Positions 49,816 through 63,425 of a stretch of 64,000 bases of DNA are shown piece by piece (within the stretch, counting starts at the first letter, position 1; every line of letters begins with the position of its first letter). The translations under genes and the position numbers were made by a program. Location of the stretch: the NCBI RefSeq assembly GCF_025526975.1, contig NW_026515680.1, positions 1 through 64,000 on the forward strand. Reading direction: 5' to 3'. A model generated the notes under the pieces. That model did not search any database and was not told where the DNA came from. It saw only the letters and a program-made list of their open reading frames with translations. The DNA is from Fimicolochytrium jonesii. Lineage: Eukaryota.

Positions 49816-50388
49816 GGCGGGAAGTGCTGGAGCCCTGGGTAGAATAGCGCTGAAGGTGTGAGAAGCGTTCTCGTTCGCCGCCTGCTGATTACGTGGGACG
49901 CGACCTGACAGTTATCCCGACCACCATGCCCCACACCCAACATCTGACCCAACTCCAAGCAGCACCAAACACTGCCGCCCTGCGAAGAGAGGCCGCCCGT
50001 ATTTACGCTTCTTCTTAAAACGCTACTTTTCTTGAGCCACGTTAGCTTGGCCCTTTCTGGGTGATTCCAACACTTCACATACCCACGCGACATTTTGGAG
50101 GCGTACATACGCGAGGAAGACACGCAGTCGATGCGCTGGCCGAGGAAGGAGGCGTAAACTTTTCTCGAAAATCTTGACCTCGGTGGATGCTCAACTCCAA
50201 TTCTTGTTATAAAACTTCTTGGAGATATTCACTTCAGGCATAGGGTTTTTGAGGTACACTCGTTGCTTCCATTGGATACTCTAGCAAGCGACCAGTACTC
50301 AGCCTGCCCATTACACCGACCTTCACCCATATTCCCCAACGCAGTATCCAATACCCCCACAGTTCCGAAATAACAAAATCATCCACTG

Positions 50389-53300
50389 ATGGCCCAAGCA
50401 CCCCAAGGCCTCGGCGCAGATGCGCTCGCGCAGGCCCAATGGGCCGAAAAGAAGTGGGTCTGGGTCGCGGATAAGGACGAAGGATACATTGCGGGTCATA
50501 TCACGGCCGAGAACGGCGAGACGGTGACGATTGATTTGAACAACGGGACGGTAAGCTGTCAGGGTCTCATGGGCGGGATTCAATCTTGTAGTTGCTGATG
50601 TCTCCATTCCGCGCCATTGATGTAGAAACGGGATGTCAACATCAACGATACCGAGAAGATGAACCCTCCCAAATTCGACAAGGCCGAAGACATGGCTGAC
50701 TTGACTTACCTCAACGAAGCATCTGTCGTGCACAACCTGCGCTTGCGATACCTTTCGAACCTGATCTACGTGAGTCTAATACCTCTCCTCAGCCATCATC
50801 GTCACAACCTGACATCTGCATCCCACAGACGTACTCGGGTCTGTTCTTGGTAGCCGTCAACCCGTACAAGCGGCTTCCTTTATACACCGATGAGCTTGTG
50901 AAAGCGTACAAGGGAAAGAAGAGAGCCGAATTGCCGCCGCATATCTTTGCGATCTCGGATGCTGCGTACCATGATATGACGAAGGAGAGAGAGAATCAAT
51001 CGATTTTGATCACGTAAGAGGACTGATGGTGTGACCAGATTGTTTGTGAATGAGAGTGTTGACTCTTCGATAAACCCGACAGTGGAGAGTCCGGCGCCGG
51101 TAAGACCGAAAACACCAAAAAGGTCATCCAATACCTTGCCTCGATCGCCAACGCCTCCGGCAGCGGCAGATCCCTCGGTCTCCTCGAACAACAAATCCTC
51201 CAAGCCAACCCGATCCTCGAATCCTTCGGGAACGCCCAAACCATCCGCAACAACAACTCCTCCCGGTTCGGCAAATTCATCCGCATCGAGTTCAGCCCCT
51301 CTGGCCAGATCGCGGGCGCAAACATCGATTGGTACCTCCTGGAGAAATCCAGGGTTACCCATCAGACCTCTAAGGAGCGCAACTACCACATCTTTTACCA
51401 GCTCCTCAAAGGCGCGGGGGACGACATCAAAGGCCCTTTACTCCTCAATGGCAGTCTAGGCGACTACCGCTTCACAAAGGGCTCAAACCACAACATCGAA
51501 GGCGTGGACGACAAAGCCGACTTCAAAACCCTCCAAGACTCCTTCGACGTCATGAAAATCAAACCGGAAGAACAGAACGATCTCTTCCGTGTGCTCGCAG
51601 CCATCCTCCACATGGGAAACATCACCGCTTACAATGATCGGGAAGACCAGGCCCAACTCCACGGCGAGGCCGCCCAATCCGTCTGCGAACGCGTCTGTCA
51701 CGTCCTTGGCGTCCCCGTCGCCGATTTCGTGAAAGCGCTCTTGAAGCCGAAGATCAAGGCCGGCAGGGATTGGGTGACACAGGCCCGGAATGTGGAGCAG
51801 GTTTTGTACTCGATTGAGGCGCTGTCGAGGTCGTTGTATGAGCGGATGTTTGGGAAGCTTGTTGAGCGGATTAATGCGGCGATTTTTAGCTCGACCAGTA
51901 AGGCGAGCTTTATTGGGGTTTTGGATATTGCTGGGTTTGAGATTTTCGAGGTTAGTTTCACATTCGACTATCGGAATGATTTGAAGGGAGACCAGTGATA
52001 TTAACACCCGTGCGTAACCACCAGAACAACAGCTTCGAACAACTCTGCATCAACTACACCAACGAAAAGCTCCAACAATTCTTCAACCACCACATGTTCA
52101 TCCTCGAACAAGAAGAGTACCAACGCGAAGGCATCGAATGGAAATTCATCGACTTCGGGCTCGACCTCCAACCCACCATCGACCTCATCGAAAAGACCTC
52201 GCCCATCGGAATCCTTTCTTGCTTGGACGAAGAGTGCGTGATGCCCAAAGCCACTGATAAGACATTCATCGAAAAGCTGAATGGGCTGTGGAAGGGGAAG
52301 AGCACCAAATACGAGACCCCGCGGTTCAACCAGGGGTTTATTCTGAACCATTATGCGGGGAAGGTGGAGTACAACACGTCCTACTGGCTCGACAAGAACA
52401 AAGACCCGTTGAACGAGAACATCACCCGGCTGCTGGCCAGCTCGTCCGATAAGAACATCGCGAACCTGTTTGCGGAGTATATTGGGGAGGCCGAGGATAA
52501 TGCCAAGACGCGCGGAGTTACAAAGAAAGGCGCCTTCCGCACGGTCGCGCAACGGCATAAGGAACATCTCAGCTCGCTGATGACGACGCTGTACTCGACC
52601 GAACCCCATTTCGTGCGTTGTATCATCCCGAATGAAGAGAAACGGGCGGGGAAATTGGACGCCAACCAGGTCCTTCACCAATTGCGCTGTAACGGTGTGC
52701 TTGAAGGAATCCGCATCTGCCGCGCGGGGTTCCCCAACAGGTTGCCGTTTGCGGATTTCAGACAACGGTACGAGATCCTCGCCCCCGGGCTTATCCCGCG
52801 CGGGTTCATGGACGGTCGCCAAGCGGCGCAACTGCTCCTCGAAACGCTGGCACTGGACAAGAACCAGTACCGCGTCGGCAGCAGCAAAGTGTTCTTCCGC
52901 GCGGGAGTCCTCGCCGATCTCGAGAACCGCCGCGACGTGCAGTTATCCAAGATCGTCACCCGCGTGCAAGCCGTCATGCGCGGCTATCTCGCCCGCAAAC
53001 TGTACAAGAAGCGGTTGGACCAGTTCCGTGCGATCCGGATCATTCAGAAGAACGCTCGGATCTACGTGACGCTGCGCGAATGGGCGTGGTGGCGCCTCTA
53101 CACGAAGGTCAAGCCGTTGCTCGGGGTCACCCGTGTCGACGAGGAGATGCGCAAACGCGAGGAGGCTGCAAAGGAGTGGGAGGAGAAAGCCCGGAAGGAG
53201 CAGGAGGAACGCGCAAAGTTGGAGGTTGCTCGCGGGGCTCTGGACGCTGATCTGAAACGGTTGGAGGGTCTCCTCATTGATGAGAAGAATGCGGCGGCTA

Positions 53301-56300
53301 ACCAGGCGGAGATCCTTACGAGGGTGCAGGAGCGGGAGGCGGCGTTGTCAGAGCAGCTTAAGGAGACGGCGGCGTTGTTGGAGGATCGGGAGGTGGCGAA
53401 TGATGATTTGGGCAAGGCCAAGAAGAAGTTGGAGACGGCGCTCAAGAACCTCGAAACCCTACTCGAACAGGAACGCGGCAACGTCGACCGGTTGGAAAAG
53501 GACAAGCAGGCGCGCGAGTCCCGCATCGCGCAACTGGAAGAGGAAGTCAAGAACGAGTCCGCACGCGTGCAGAAACTCGAAACCGATCGTAAATCTCTCG
53601 AGAACCAGTACGCCGAGCTGCAGCGGCAGCTGGAGAGTGCCGGCGAGAACGAGTCGGATTTGCATCGTCAGCACACGAAATTCAAGTCGCAGATAGCGGA
53701 GCTGGAGCAGAAGCTCGAGCAGGAGTCGGATGATCTGCAGAAACTTGACCACCGTCGTGGGTCGCTTGAGGCTGAGCTGAGGGCGGCGCAGGAGACTATT
53801 CAGGATTTGCAGCGGGCCCGTGCTGAGTTGGAAGGGATCATAAAAAAGCGGGAGGCGGATATCACGGATCTTAACAGCAGGTTGTCGGCCGAGACGGAGG
53901 CCAAGGACACGACGGACAAGCAGCGACGCGATCTGCAGCTCAAGCTCGATTCCGCGAAAGGCGATTTGGAGAATGAGAAGAGCGAGCGGGAGAAGCTGAA
54001 CAAGCAGCGTAAGAAGCTGGAGGAGGAGCTGGAGTCGCTGCATCACATGATGGAGGCCAAAGGCACCGAGGAGACCAAGCAGTCCGAGCTGCGACGGTTG
54101 CGCGAGGCGGAGGTGCAGGATATCAAAACGCAGCTGGCTGCCTCACAAGCCGAGTTGGAAGACACGCGCAAGAAGACGCAGCAGAACATCGACAAGTTGC
54201 GGGTTGAGCTCGACGGTGTTCGCGGGGACGCCGCCAATGTTGGCCGCGCTAAAGGCACCCTCGAGAAGGAGCTCGCGAACGTTAAAGAAGAGCTCGAACG
54301 CAGCGAAGAAGCACGGACGCGTCTAGACAAGAGCAAACGCCAACTCGACGGCGAATTGCAGCAAGCCCGTGCGCAAGGGCAGGAGACCGAGAACGCGCTG
54401 TTTGATGCCAAGACGCAGAAGGAAGCGTTAGAGCGGCAAGTCAGCGTTTTGCAGGCTCGGTTGGATGAAAGCGAGGCCAATGTTAGTCGGTTGGAGCGCG
54501 AGAAGAATAGTGTCCAGAAACAGGCGGATGCGCTGCGTGATGATCTTGAGGAGGAGGTTAAGAAGAGGACTCAGCTGGACTCGCAGAAGAAGAAAACCAC
54601 GATGGAGCTTGCTGATCTGCAGGCTAGGCTAGATGAGGAGGAGACGCTTAAGGCGGACCTCTCCAAGCGTTTGGCCGCTAAAGGCAGTGAACTGGACGCG
54701 CTCAAGGAACGTTATACAAAGGACGTGCACGGGCGCACGGCGGAGCTCGACGAGGCTCGAAGCAAACTGCAGAAGGAGCTTTCGGAACTGCAGGCGCGGT
54801 ACGACGACCTTGAGCGCAATGCCACTAACCTCGAAAAAACCAAAGCTCGTCTCACAGCGGAAACCGAGGACCTGAAGATCGAGATTGAGCGCGAGCACAA
54901 CTCTGCCCGTAACGCCGAGCGGTTGCTGAAGCAGGTCGAGGCTCAGCTGAGCGCTACGAACCTTACCCTCGAGACCGAGCGTAGGTCAAAGGATGTGGTG
55001 GAGTCCAACTCGCGCAAACTGCAGAGCACGATTGATGCGTTGCAGTTGGAGCTTGATGAACGCAACCACCAGATTGCCACCGTGCAGAAGGGCAAGCATG
55101 AGCTCGAGTCGGAACTCAAAGCGCTCATCGACGAGATTGGCGATGGCGGGAAGAACGTTCATGAGCTCGAAAAGTCGCAGCGCAGGCTGCAGTCTCGGAT
55201 CGATGAGTTGCAGGTGCAGCTTGAGGAAGAGGAGGGTATCCGCAAAAAGGTGGAGGAGGCCAGACTCTCCCTGGAGGTTCAATTCAGCGAGTACCGGAAG
55301 CGGATGGAGCTCGACATCATGGCCAAGGACACGCAGATGGAGGAGACGCGCCGCATGCTGATGCGGGAGGTCAACTCCCTCGGAGACCAATTGGATGAGA
55401 GCATGAACCTCAAGAACGAGCTGCTGAAGGGGAAGAAGAAGCTCGAGGAACAAGTGGAAGAGCTCATGTCCCGGGCCGAAAACTCCGTAAAAGGTCAAAC
55501 CGATTTGCAAAAAGCCAAAACGAAGACCGAAGCGCAATTACGAGAACTGACCCTCAAGCTCGGCGATGAGGAGCGCGCGCGGAAGAACTTTGAGGAGCTC
55601 AGTCAGCGGTATGAGAAGAAGGCCAACTCCTTGCAATCCGAGATCGAGCGGCTCGAGGGGCAGCTGGAGACCAGCGAGCGCAACCGCAAGCAGCTTGAGC
55701 GCAAAGCGGACGAGCTTCACAACGAGCTTGAGGGTGGAGATGACAGCAAATCGGCGTTGAGCGAGACCAAGAAGCGGCTGGAGAAGGAGCTGCAGCGGTT
55801 GCAGATCAAGTTGGAAGAGGAGACTGAGGCTCGGGCTGCTTTGGAGGCCGCGAAACTCACCAGCTCCTCCGAGCTCGAAGCGCTGAGATCGCGCGCCCGG
55901 GAAGACACCGACGGAAAGATTGAGAAGCTTGAGGAGTCGAGGCGAGCGCTCCTGGCTGCCCAGCGACTTACCTCGCAAGAGCTTGAAGACAAAAACAAGG
56001 AGATCGCTAATCTCGAGAAGCAGCGTAAACTCTTGCAGACCGATGTGGATGAGCTTAAGAGTCAACTGGAGGCGGAAGTACTTCAGAAAGGCGAAGAGGC
56101 GGCGGGCAGGCGTAAGCTCACCGCTGAGCTAAAAGAGTTGGAACTGAAACTGGAGGCGGAGATCGCAAAGTCGAATGACATGCAGGAGTCCCTTTCGCTG
56201 CATCGGGCGCGCGCGGAGCAGACTCTGACGAAGCTCGAGACGGCTGAGTTGGCAAGGATCAAAGCGGAGAAAAATGAGAGTGCCTTCCGCCTGCAGATTG

Positions 56301-57723
56301 GAGAGCTTGAAGAAAGCCTCCGTGAAGCCCTCAGCGAGCGGAAGCTGGCGGAGGACAAGGCCCGAAGTCTGGAGGAACAAATCATTGATCTGCAGGAAAA
56401 GATGGAGGAGGACTCCCACGAGCTGGCGGATCTCGCGGTTGTGAAGCGCAAATTGCAAGAGGAGCTTGAAGCGCTGCACGACAGACAACGCAAGGAGCTG
56501 GACGAGCGAGAAGGCGCCGTGGAACAGACCCGTAAGAAGTACCAAAAGGAGGTCAAGCAGCTGATGACTGAACTGGAGATCGAAAAATCCAACTCTGTCA
56601 ACCTCAAATCCACCAACAAAGATCTGGAATCCGAGCTCGAAAGCGTGTCCAACCGCCTGGAAGAGGAGCTGAGGTCTGCCGCTAACTGGAAGAAGGACCG
56701 CGAGCGCTTGGAAGCCAAGTTCGACGACATCAACCGCGCGTATAACGACAGCATGAACACGCACGATGACTTGCAGAACCAAATCACGTCACTTCTCGGT
56801 CAAGTCCGTGACCTGCGATCCAATCTCGAAGATGCCGAAACCAAATCGACGCAGTTGGAGAAGCAGAAGAAAGGCTTGGAGGCCCGTCTCGAGGAGATCG
56901 CCGAGAAGCACGAGGTTACTGCACGTGGCAAGCTCGAAATGCAAAGATCCATGCAGGCGCTAGATCAGAACAACACTGACTTGCGTGATCGTCTCGATGA
57001 ACTTGAGGAGATGTCACGATCTGCAGACGACCGAGTGCGACGCGCGGAATCCTTAGCTCAGGAGGCGACGGCCGACTTGGCCAAAGAGCGCGACAACGCA
57101 TTGGCGCTGGAGAAAGAAAAACTCGGTCTGGAGAGAACGATCAAAGAGCTCAACTCGCGCGTTCTGGACTTGGAAGCGACCGCCTTATCGCGCGACGCCG
57201 GATCATCACGTCGTCTCGAAGCCCGCGTAGAGGAGTTGAGCACGCAACTCGACAACGAGACGAAGGAGAAGTTGGAGATTCAGAAGAACGCTAGAAAGAC
57301 CGATCGGGTTATTCGTGAGCTGCAGTTCCAGCTTGGGGAGCGAGACAAACAGAAGCAGCGGTATGAGGAGGAAACGGACAAATGGGAACAGAAACTGAAG
57401 AGAATGAAGTCTCAGCTTGAGGAATTGGTACGCATTGATGATTTGGATGTCAATACAGTGGATGTCCTCATACTCACTCAACTCCTTGTCTCGCGCTTAT
57501 AGGAAACCTCCGAGAGCAACCTGCAATTGTCAAAGCGCCGCGCTGAAAGAGAAGCCAACGAGTACCGCGATCGTGCACTAAGGTATGCGTCCCCTCTTTC
57601 ATTCAACGTCTACAAGCACAACCAGATAATTACATCTCGCCCGCCCTTCTTTCGCCTCACAGATTTGAGAAAGAGAACGAGAAACTCAAAATGCGCATAG
57701 ACCGAGCTGCCTCCGCATTTTAA
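50389..57723 (+). CDS. Class II myosin heavy chain, multi-exon
   Basis: N-terminal SH3-like [56 protein letters not shown] motifs; coiled-coil tail of more than 1000 aa; TAA 57721-57723. Confidence 0.98.
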
Positions 57724-58079
57724 TCCTCCCATTCTGGATTATTTATCTGCATCTTTTAAGACTACATTCTTTTGGTTTTACATAGTTTTGGGACTCTCGT
57801 CGTAATATGATACCGTTGATTGTGGATATGGGGATTCCAGAATGCGCCTCAGTGATCACACGAAACCCATACGCAGGGTTTATGCAACGGGTATCAGTTG
57901 TTGTTCCAACACGGAATGCTAAGCTGAGAACACATAGAAGAAACGTGGGGAGGGGTATACGAAATGTCACGAGCCTATGATGTCTACAACGCCAGGGTAT
58001 CTGATAATAGGACATCCAGCATCCAAATACTTCTACCCATCTCATCTCAATAAGACACTAGCAGAAACCCCCACACACC

Positions 58080-60085
58080 CTACCCCGCCCTCAACGCAAC
58101 CTTCGACACCCCGCCATCCGCCGTAATCCTTTCTCGCATCGCCACTTGTCTTACATGCGCGCCGACGCCTGTTGGAATCTTAATGCTGCAGCCGCGGGGT
58201 CGCAATGAGGGTGCCCAGCGCGGGCTGAAGATGAGTGCTTCGCCGGTGCGCAGGGCCATGATGTGGTCGAAGAGGTCGGGTGTGAGGGGCAGTTTGTGGC
58301 GGAGGTGGTCGAACCAGTCTCGAGAGTGGAACCTAGTGAGAGAAGAGGGATCAGGGATTAAGATTGGGAACAACCGGACGCGATAAGAACTTTAGTTGAG
58401 ACACAGTACCGGTGAATAAGAGCAACGGAAACGAGATCAAGCAATTCGCCAGGCAGACCTTTCGGGTTCTGCGTCGAGATCGCCACGCGCAAGCCATGGT
58501 GACGCATCTGTCGCACCGCAGACACGAGCGCAGCACTAAGTCCATCTTGGGGCGTCGACGCCGATGACGCAGAGATATATTTATGCGCCTCGTCAAACAC
58601 AGCAAGCTTCCCGGCTTTCGTAGGAGTGGTCACGAACTTGGTGAACAGGACCTGGAAGATGCTGTTGGCTTCAGGGGGCGTGAGCAGCGGGTCGGTGAGG
58701 TCGACAATGATCAGTGGGGTTTCTTTGAGTGGAGAGTTGAGCGTCGCCGTGAAGTCGAGGCGTGAGAAGTTTTTGTTTTCGGGAGAATCGGTGAGGAAGG
58801 ATTCTAGGACTTGGAGGCGCATGGTCAGAGGGGAACTCTGCTGGCCAGTCAAATCCATTTTTGTGAGTTCGGCCTTGAACGACGCGTAGGTGGGGTAGGT
58901 GCCTTTCTTTTGCATCTTCCGCAGCATGTCGAGGATAGATGCCATGTAAAGCGGCACATTGCCGTCGACTTCTAAACGCATCAGCTGCTTGATTTGTGCG
59001 GCGTCCAGGTCGGCCCAGCTGAACAGGAGTGGGAACACCTCGCAGTTCGGGACGTTCTTGTAGTACTCCTTGCGTTGGGCGTAGTAAGACGGCGAAACGA
59101 GGATGATCATCCGCGACACGACCGGTATGCATGTTGGTGCGTCTCTATGGCGCCTGGTGAGGGTATGCAGCTCGCAGTAGTTGTCCTGGGACTGGTCGTA
59201 GTGGAAGACCATGGTCGTAACTTGCGGCTCGGCTTCGATGAACGGCGGCATATGCAGCATGCTGGATTCCACGACGGTCGCGATACTGTGCGATTTGCCG
59301 GACCCTTGCACGCCAACCGCTAACAAACAGAACGGAGCATGCGTGTTGAGGTATACACGATGGCTGGCACCTCCATCACCAACAAGTATCCCATCGTCGC
59401 ATTGCATCGTGTCAGCGTCCGTACGCCGAGACTCGTCGGGTACAGTAGATCCAATAGCACCGTATTGAGGAGTATGCGCGGTTTCGTCCTGGCCCAAAAG
59501 CACACCCTCCAATCGCACATCCTTATGCAACGCGCGACCGCCCGCAAAAAAGGCATGCAGATCTGTCCCAGCCGAGTGGTCGCCCTCGTTCAGCACGAAA
59601 CGAAAAGGTTTCCCAGTGAAACCGTTTTCCACTATGGGAGTAGTTCCGCTGCCACTCTCTGTGGAACGTAGTTCTAGAGGATCGCGAGGAAGCGCGACTA
59701 TATTTTGCTTTTCCTCTTCGTCCTCTTCCTCTTCGTCCTCCTCGTCCTCCACAACGCTCGCAGCCGTAGGTTTGGACGCCGCAGGTGCAACACCCGCTTG
59801 AACAGATTTCGGCTCCTCTTCCACGCCCGGCACAAAAACAGGGTTATTCCCCACTACCTTGACGTGCGCGACAACCTTCCTGTTCACCACGCGCCTCACA
59901 GCGACTTGATCAGGCAGGAGATGGCCGAACTTGTCCGTGATTTCGGGCGCCTCCAGAACGTCGCGGATGGATATGCTTTGGTAGCGGCTCACGAGGGCAG
60001 TAAGAGCGTCGATGCACTTTTTGTCTTTTGTGCCGGCCGGGGCGCGGGGCGGCGTGTTGTTGGTTTTCGTTCCTGAGGGGGGCAT
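58080..60085 (-). CDS. HerA/FtsK-superfamily-like P-loop ATPase
   Basis: Walker A GVQGSGKS, Walker B VFDEAH, RQMRHHGLRVAISTQNP (Arg and Gln motif), HR|FHSRDWF across an intron. Confidence 0.85.
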
Positions 60086-60685
60086 GGTTGAGCGGCTTTT
60101 GCGAGAGAGCGTGTGGTAGAGAGCAAGTCTGCAGCCTCTTCAATTTGAGAAGTCGCTGTCCAAATGTCTGTCGGAGCAGGCTGGAACAGGGAAGCAGCGA
60201 GGAAGACAGGAGCCGCTGCAGAATTGCTCCAGAATCGACGCGTTTGAAACAGCTTGGATGAGCAGTTCTCAGAGTAGTTCTCTCCAGCCTTGTTTGTTTC
60301 CCACGGTCCACTTCATACCCTTGCAGACAAAGAGACCCCATCTTGCAGGAGGCCATATCCATTCTTCCCGTCCCATATACGGGGGTAATCGTCAGCTACT
60401 TCGATGACTTCCAAATCTTTTCTCCCCAAAGCAAGAGCCAATTTGTTTCGTGGTGTTCTTGATGGAAATGCAATAGGGTGTGTATTAATATGCGATTATA
60501 TGCTGCTTAATCGGCTGAGCATTTGCATGCCCAGGTGCAGTGCAATGAAGGTTCTTCTATATTCCACACCGACTCGCTCCTGAGCCCAGTATGGCTCCGC
60601 CGCAACATTGCAAGGTTGAACGGTCCGTCCAACCTTGTGATATGGACCTCCAGATTATGGGAAGCCAAATCATTCGTTGGACAGC

Positions 60686-61488
60686 TTACTTTGCGAGCAG
60701 AGAAAGAGCCCCAAGGAGGCCATTCGCGGCGAGACCGAAAATGAACACCCAGCCAGCTCCCCACGCCGCTCCGCGATGAGGCTATGAGATACAAGGTACA
60801 GCGTTAGCGCTCATGAGGATTTTTTGATGGCGTTTGACAAAGTTAACGAACCTGGAGTTCCTTTGCGTACACGATCGTGTGGAAGACACTATGGGGGGGA
60901 TAGAGAGACTGTCTGTAAGGCCCTAACCCCGACCATCAAACATCTGCGTAACATCTCCACTCACCGAGCAGCAGCGAATCCCAACACCAACACCGTGTGC
61001 ACTTTGGCGCTGAAAGGCGCCAGCAGAGACGACCATGCAGCGATCAGTCCAAAAGGAATGTTCTCAAGATCGTTCATGACGATTCTGTTCCATCGTAGAC
61101 TGTCCATCCTGCAAGTTCCGAGCCATCAGCGGACTCCTTCCACCGCGTAACTACCCAACGCAAAACGGCACTCACTTGGCCTTCTTAACCTTCGGGTCAT
61201 CATTCTTATCCGCCTCACCCACGCCATAGTTCTGCACAACACCCTTGCCAATCTTGCTGGCCAAGCCCAGCTTGGCATCTTCTGGGGGTCGGGAGCCAGC
61301 CTTGAACCGGTGGCCGCCTTGGATACCAACGGTCATCCTGTCGGAAGTGCGGAGGGGGAGAATCAGTAGGAGTATTAGGCAAACTGGCAACCTGGACGGA
61401 CTTACAAGAACTTGACGAGAAGGACGGTCGTTGCCAGAGAAGTGGCGGCGAAGGCCTGGGTGTCAATGGCTGGTGTGAAGACGGACAT
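60686..61488 (-). CDS. MAPEG family membrane protein (microsomal GST-like), five short exons only partly visible in the ORF track
   Basis: Spliced by eye: ...IQGGHRFKAGSRPPED...RWNRIVMNDLENIPFGL...AR|VFHTIVYAKELQ|PHRGAAW...LLAK*. Confidence 0.85.
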
Positions 61489-62370
61489 TGCGTTCTACTA
61501 TACTAAACTGCTACAGTTTCTGAATTCTAAGGTACTGTACGATACGCCGAATTGCTGCCGAGCTATGCTTGCTTCCGTGGTGAACCTGACTAAGTACCCT
61601 GCCGTCGACTCAGACTCGACTGTGATGTCGTCCCATGCCCTCGTGTTTGGTCTCTCCGCTAAGCGGCATCTGCCAACCTCCGCCGGGTCTCCGAGTCTCC
61701 GCCGGTGATGACACGCGCTTCCTCCAACTCCGACATCTCCGCGCGGCCTCTCGCAAACCATGGTCTTCCGACCTGTGAAGAGCGATATGGCGTTTACGAA
61801 GATGAAGGATTTCTGTTTCCCGACACCTAGAAATAGTTTTCGTAGGCCTAAACCATAGCTGAGGACCTCGATTCATAAAGGTAAGCCATGACGGAAACCA
61901 AGTGAAACCGTCGCCGATGGTGCAAATACGATAGTAATGTCCTATCAAAGCCTTCCGCACGTCTCTCCGGCCATCGTTGTATCAGACTGGGGATGGCGCA
62001 TTGCAGAAGGTGTTCCGAGTCCGCGAAGTTCCAGAGGAAAGAGCACGCCAATCACACTTCATCCTGCCGACCGGTTCCGGTGCCCGGATCGTGAAGAGGT
62101 TCAAACACGATACCAAAAACCTATGTCTATTAGGACTGCATCTGGCACAGAAAGGATGTAAAGGGTCTAATATACGCCTATGTAGAGGAACTATGTAATG
62201 TGGGTCTATGAAGGTGATGTATCTTCAACGGTCCTATGTCCGTATGTACGATGTACGCCTATTCAAGTCCAATCCGTTCTATACCGCACAAAAGTAACAT
62301 TAGTATAGTAGCAAAACCCTTCAGAGGTTCATCTGCGCATGAGGGCAGGGTCTGGGTCAGCTTGAGTCGT

Positions 62371-63425
62371 TCAAGCCATCAAGAGACCGACGACACCACC
62401 AAAGACGGCACCCCCGAGTCCAGCGACATTGGCAGCACCTCCGTTCTTAGCCGCGCCAGTTGCAGCCGGAGCGGGGGTAGATGTCATAGACCCTGCGGCA
62501 GCGGTAGCGGAGGGGGAAACGGTGGGAACCGCAGAGAGAGTCCCGGAGAGAGTGGGGAATGGAAGGGTGGTTGTGCGGCGGACAGTGTTTTTTCCGGGCA
62601 CGGGGCACGTGGTGTTGCAGTGTCGAGCGGCTTCTTCGGGCGGGCAGGCGTTGCAGTATTGAGCGGCTTGTTGCTGGATGGTAGAGATGGAAGGGGATGC
62701 CATGCAGTATGGGTTGTAGCTAGTGATAAAGGCCAAAATGTGAGACATGGGATGCTAAAGGTATGACCAAAAGATGGTTGATGGGTAATTCAAATACCCT
62801 TCTCGCGTGGCTCGCTTCTCTCGCAAAAAGATCCAACATTCGTCGACGCTCGCTATATGCCGTGTTTGAGGGTATTGCGCCTTTGGCGCAAGGATCTCGC
62901 TTCGCTGCGAAGGCGATCGAAGCCGCTTGAGTGTCCGGAGTTACGCCTGAAGGGCAAGGAACTCGCTCCGCTCGCGCTCGCTTTGGCGTTCGCTCTGGTC
63001 GGCTCTACCTACGCTCAGGCTCCCGCAGACCCAAACCAAATCCCTCCCTCTCTGCTGTTGGACCGCCGACCAAATCTAAAGCCTTCCCTTTCTCTTCCAC
63101 ACAACTTACCACGTTCTGTGGACCACGGTGTAACTCTCGCACAAACAACAATTGTAAACCGCTTCGTTCTTACGAACGTCATTGCAAGCGTTCTCTAAGG
63201 TCGTTCCAGGGGTTAGCTGGCCCCATACCATGGCTTCTACTGAAATCACATTCGAGACGCAGCGGTTGAATTTGGCCTATAAGAAGCCTTCCATCGTGAG
63301 CAAGATGGCACTGTGAAGGACACGAGAGAAAGGGGACATACCTGGGTAGCGTCACCGCAGTCTGTAGCGAACTGGGCGGCGGCGAGGGCAGGCAAGGAGA
63401 GGAGGAGGGTGACGAAGGAGCGCAT
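62371..63425 (-). CDS. Small secreted Cys-rich, Ser/Thr-rich, probably GPI-anchored protein (3 exons)
   Basis: Signal peptide MRSFVTLLLSLPALAAAQ. Exons join in frame (63425-63343, 63276-63110, 62719-62371). S/T/A linker and hydrophobic C-terminal tail. Confidence 0.8.

Noticed and set aside
52001..57481. Numerous long antisense ORFs over myosin, and similar ones over the kinases and the peptidase
   Set aside because: Shadow ORFs caused by codon bias in GC-rich coding sequence.
34368..61488. Detoxification cluster (oxidoreductase, GST-like, MerT-HMA, MAPEG)
   Set aside because: The genes are spread over 27 kb among housekeeping genes, and I saw no shared motif.
62857..63198. Plus-strand ORF with a signal-peptide-like stretch (LALALAFALVG)
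   Set aside because: It arises from CTCG-rich repeats inside the intron and overlaps an exon of the minus-strand gene.
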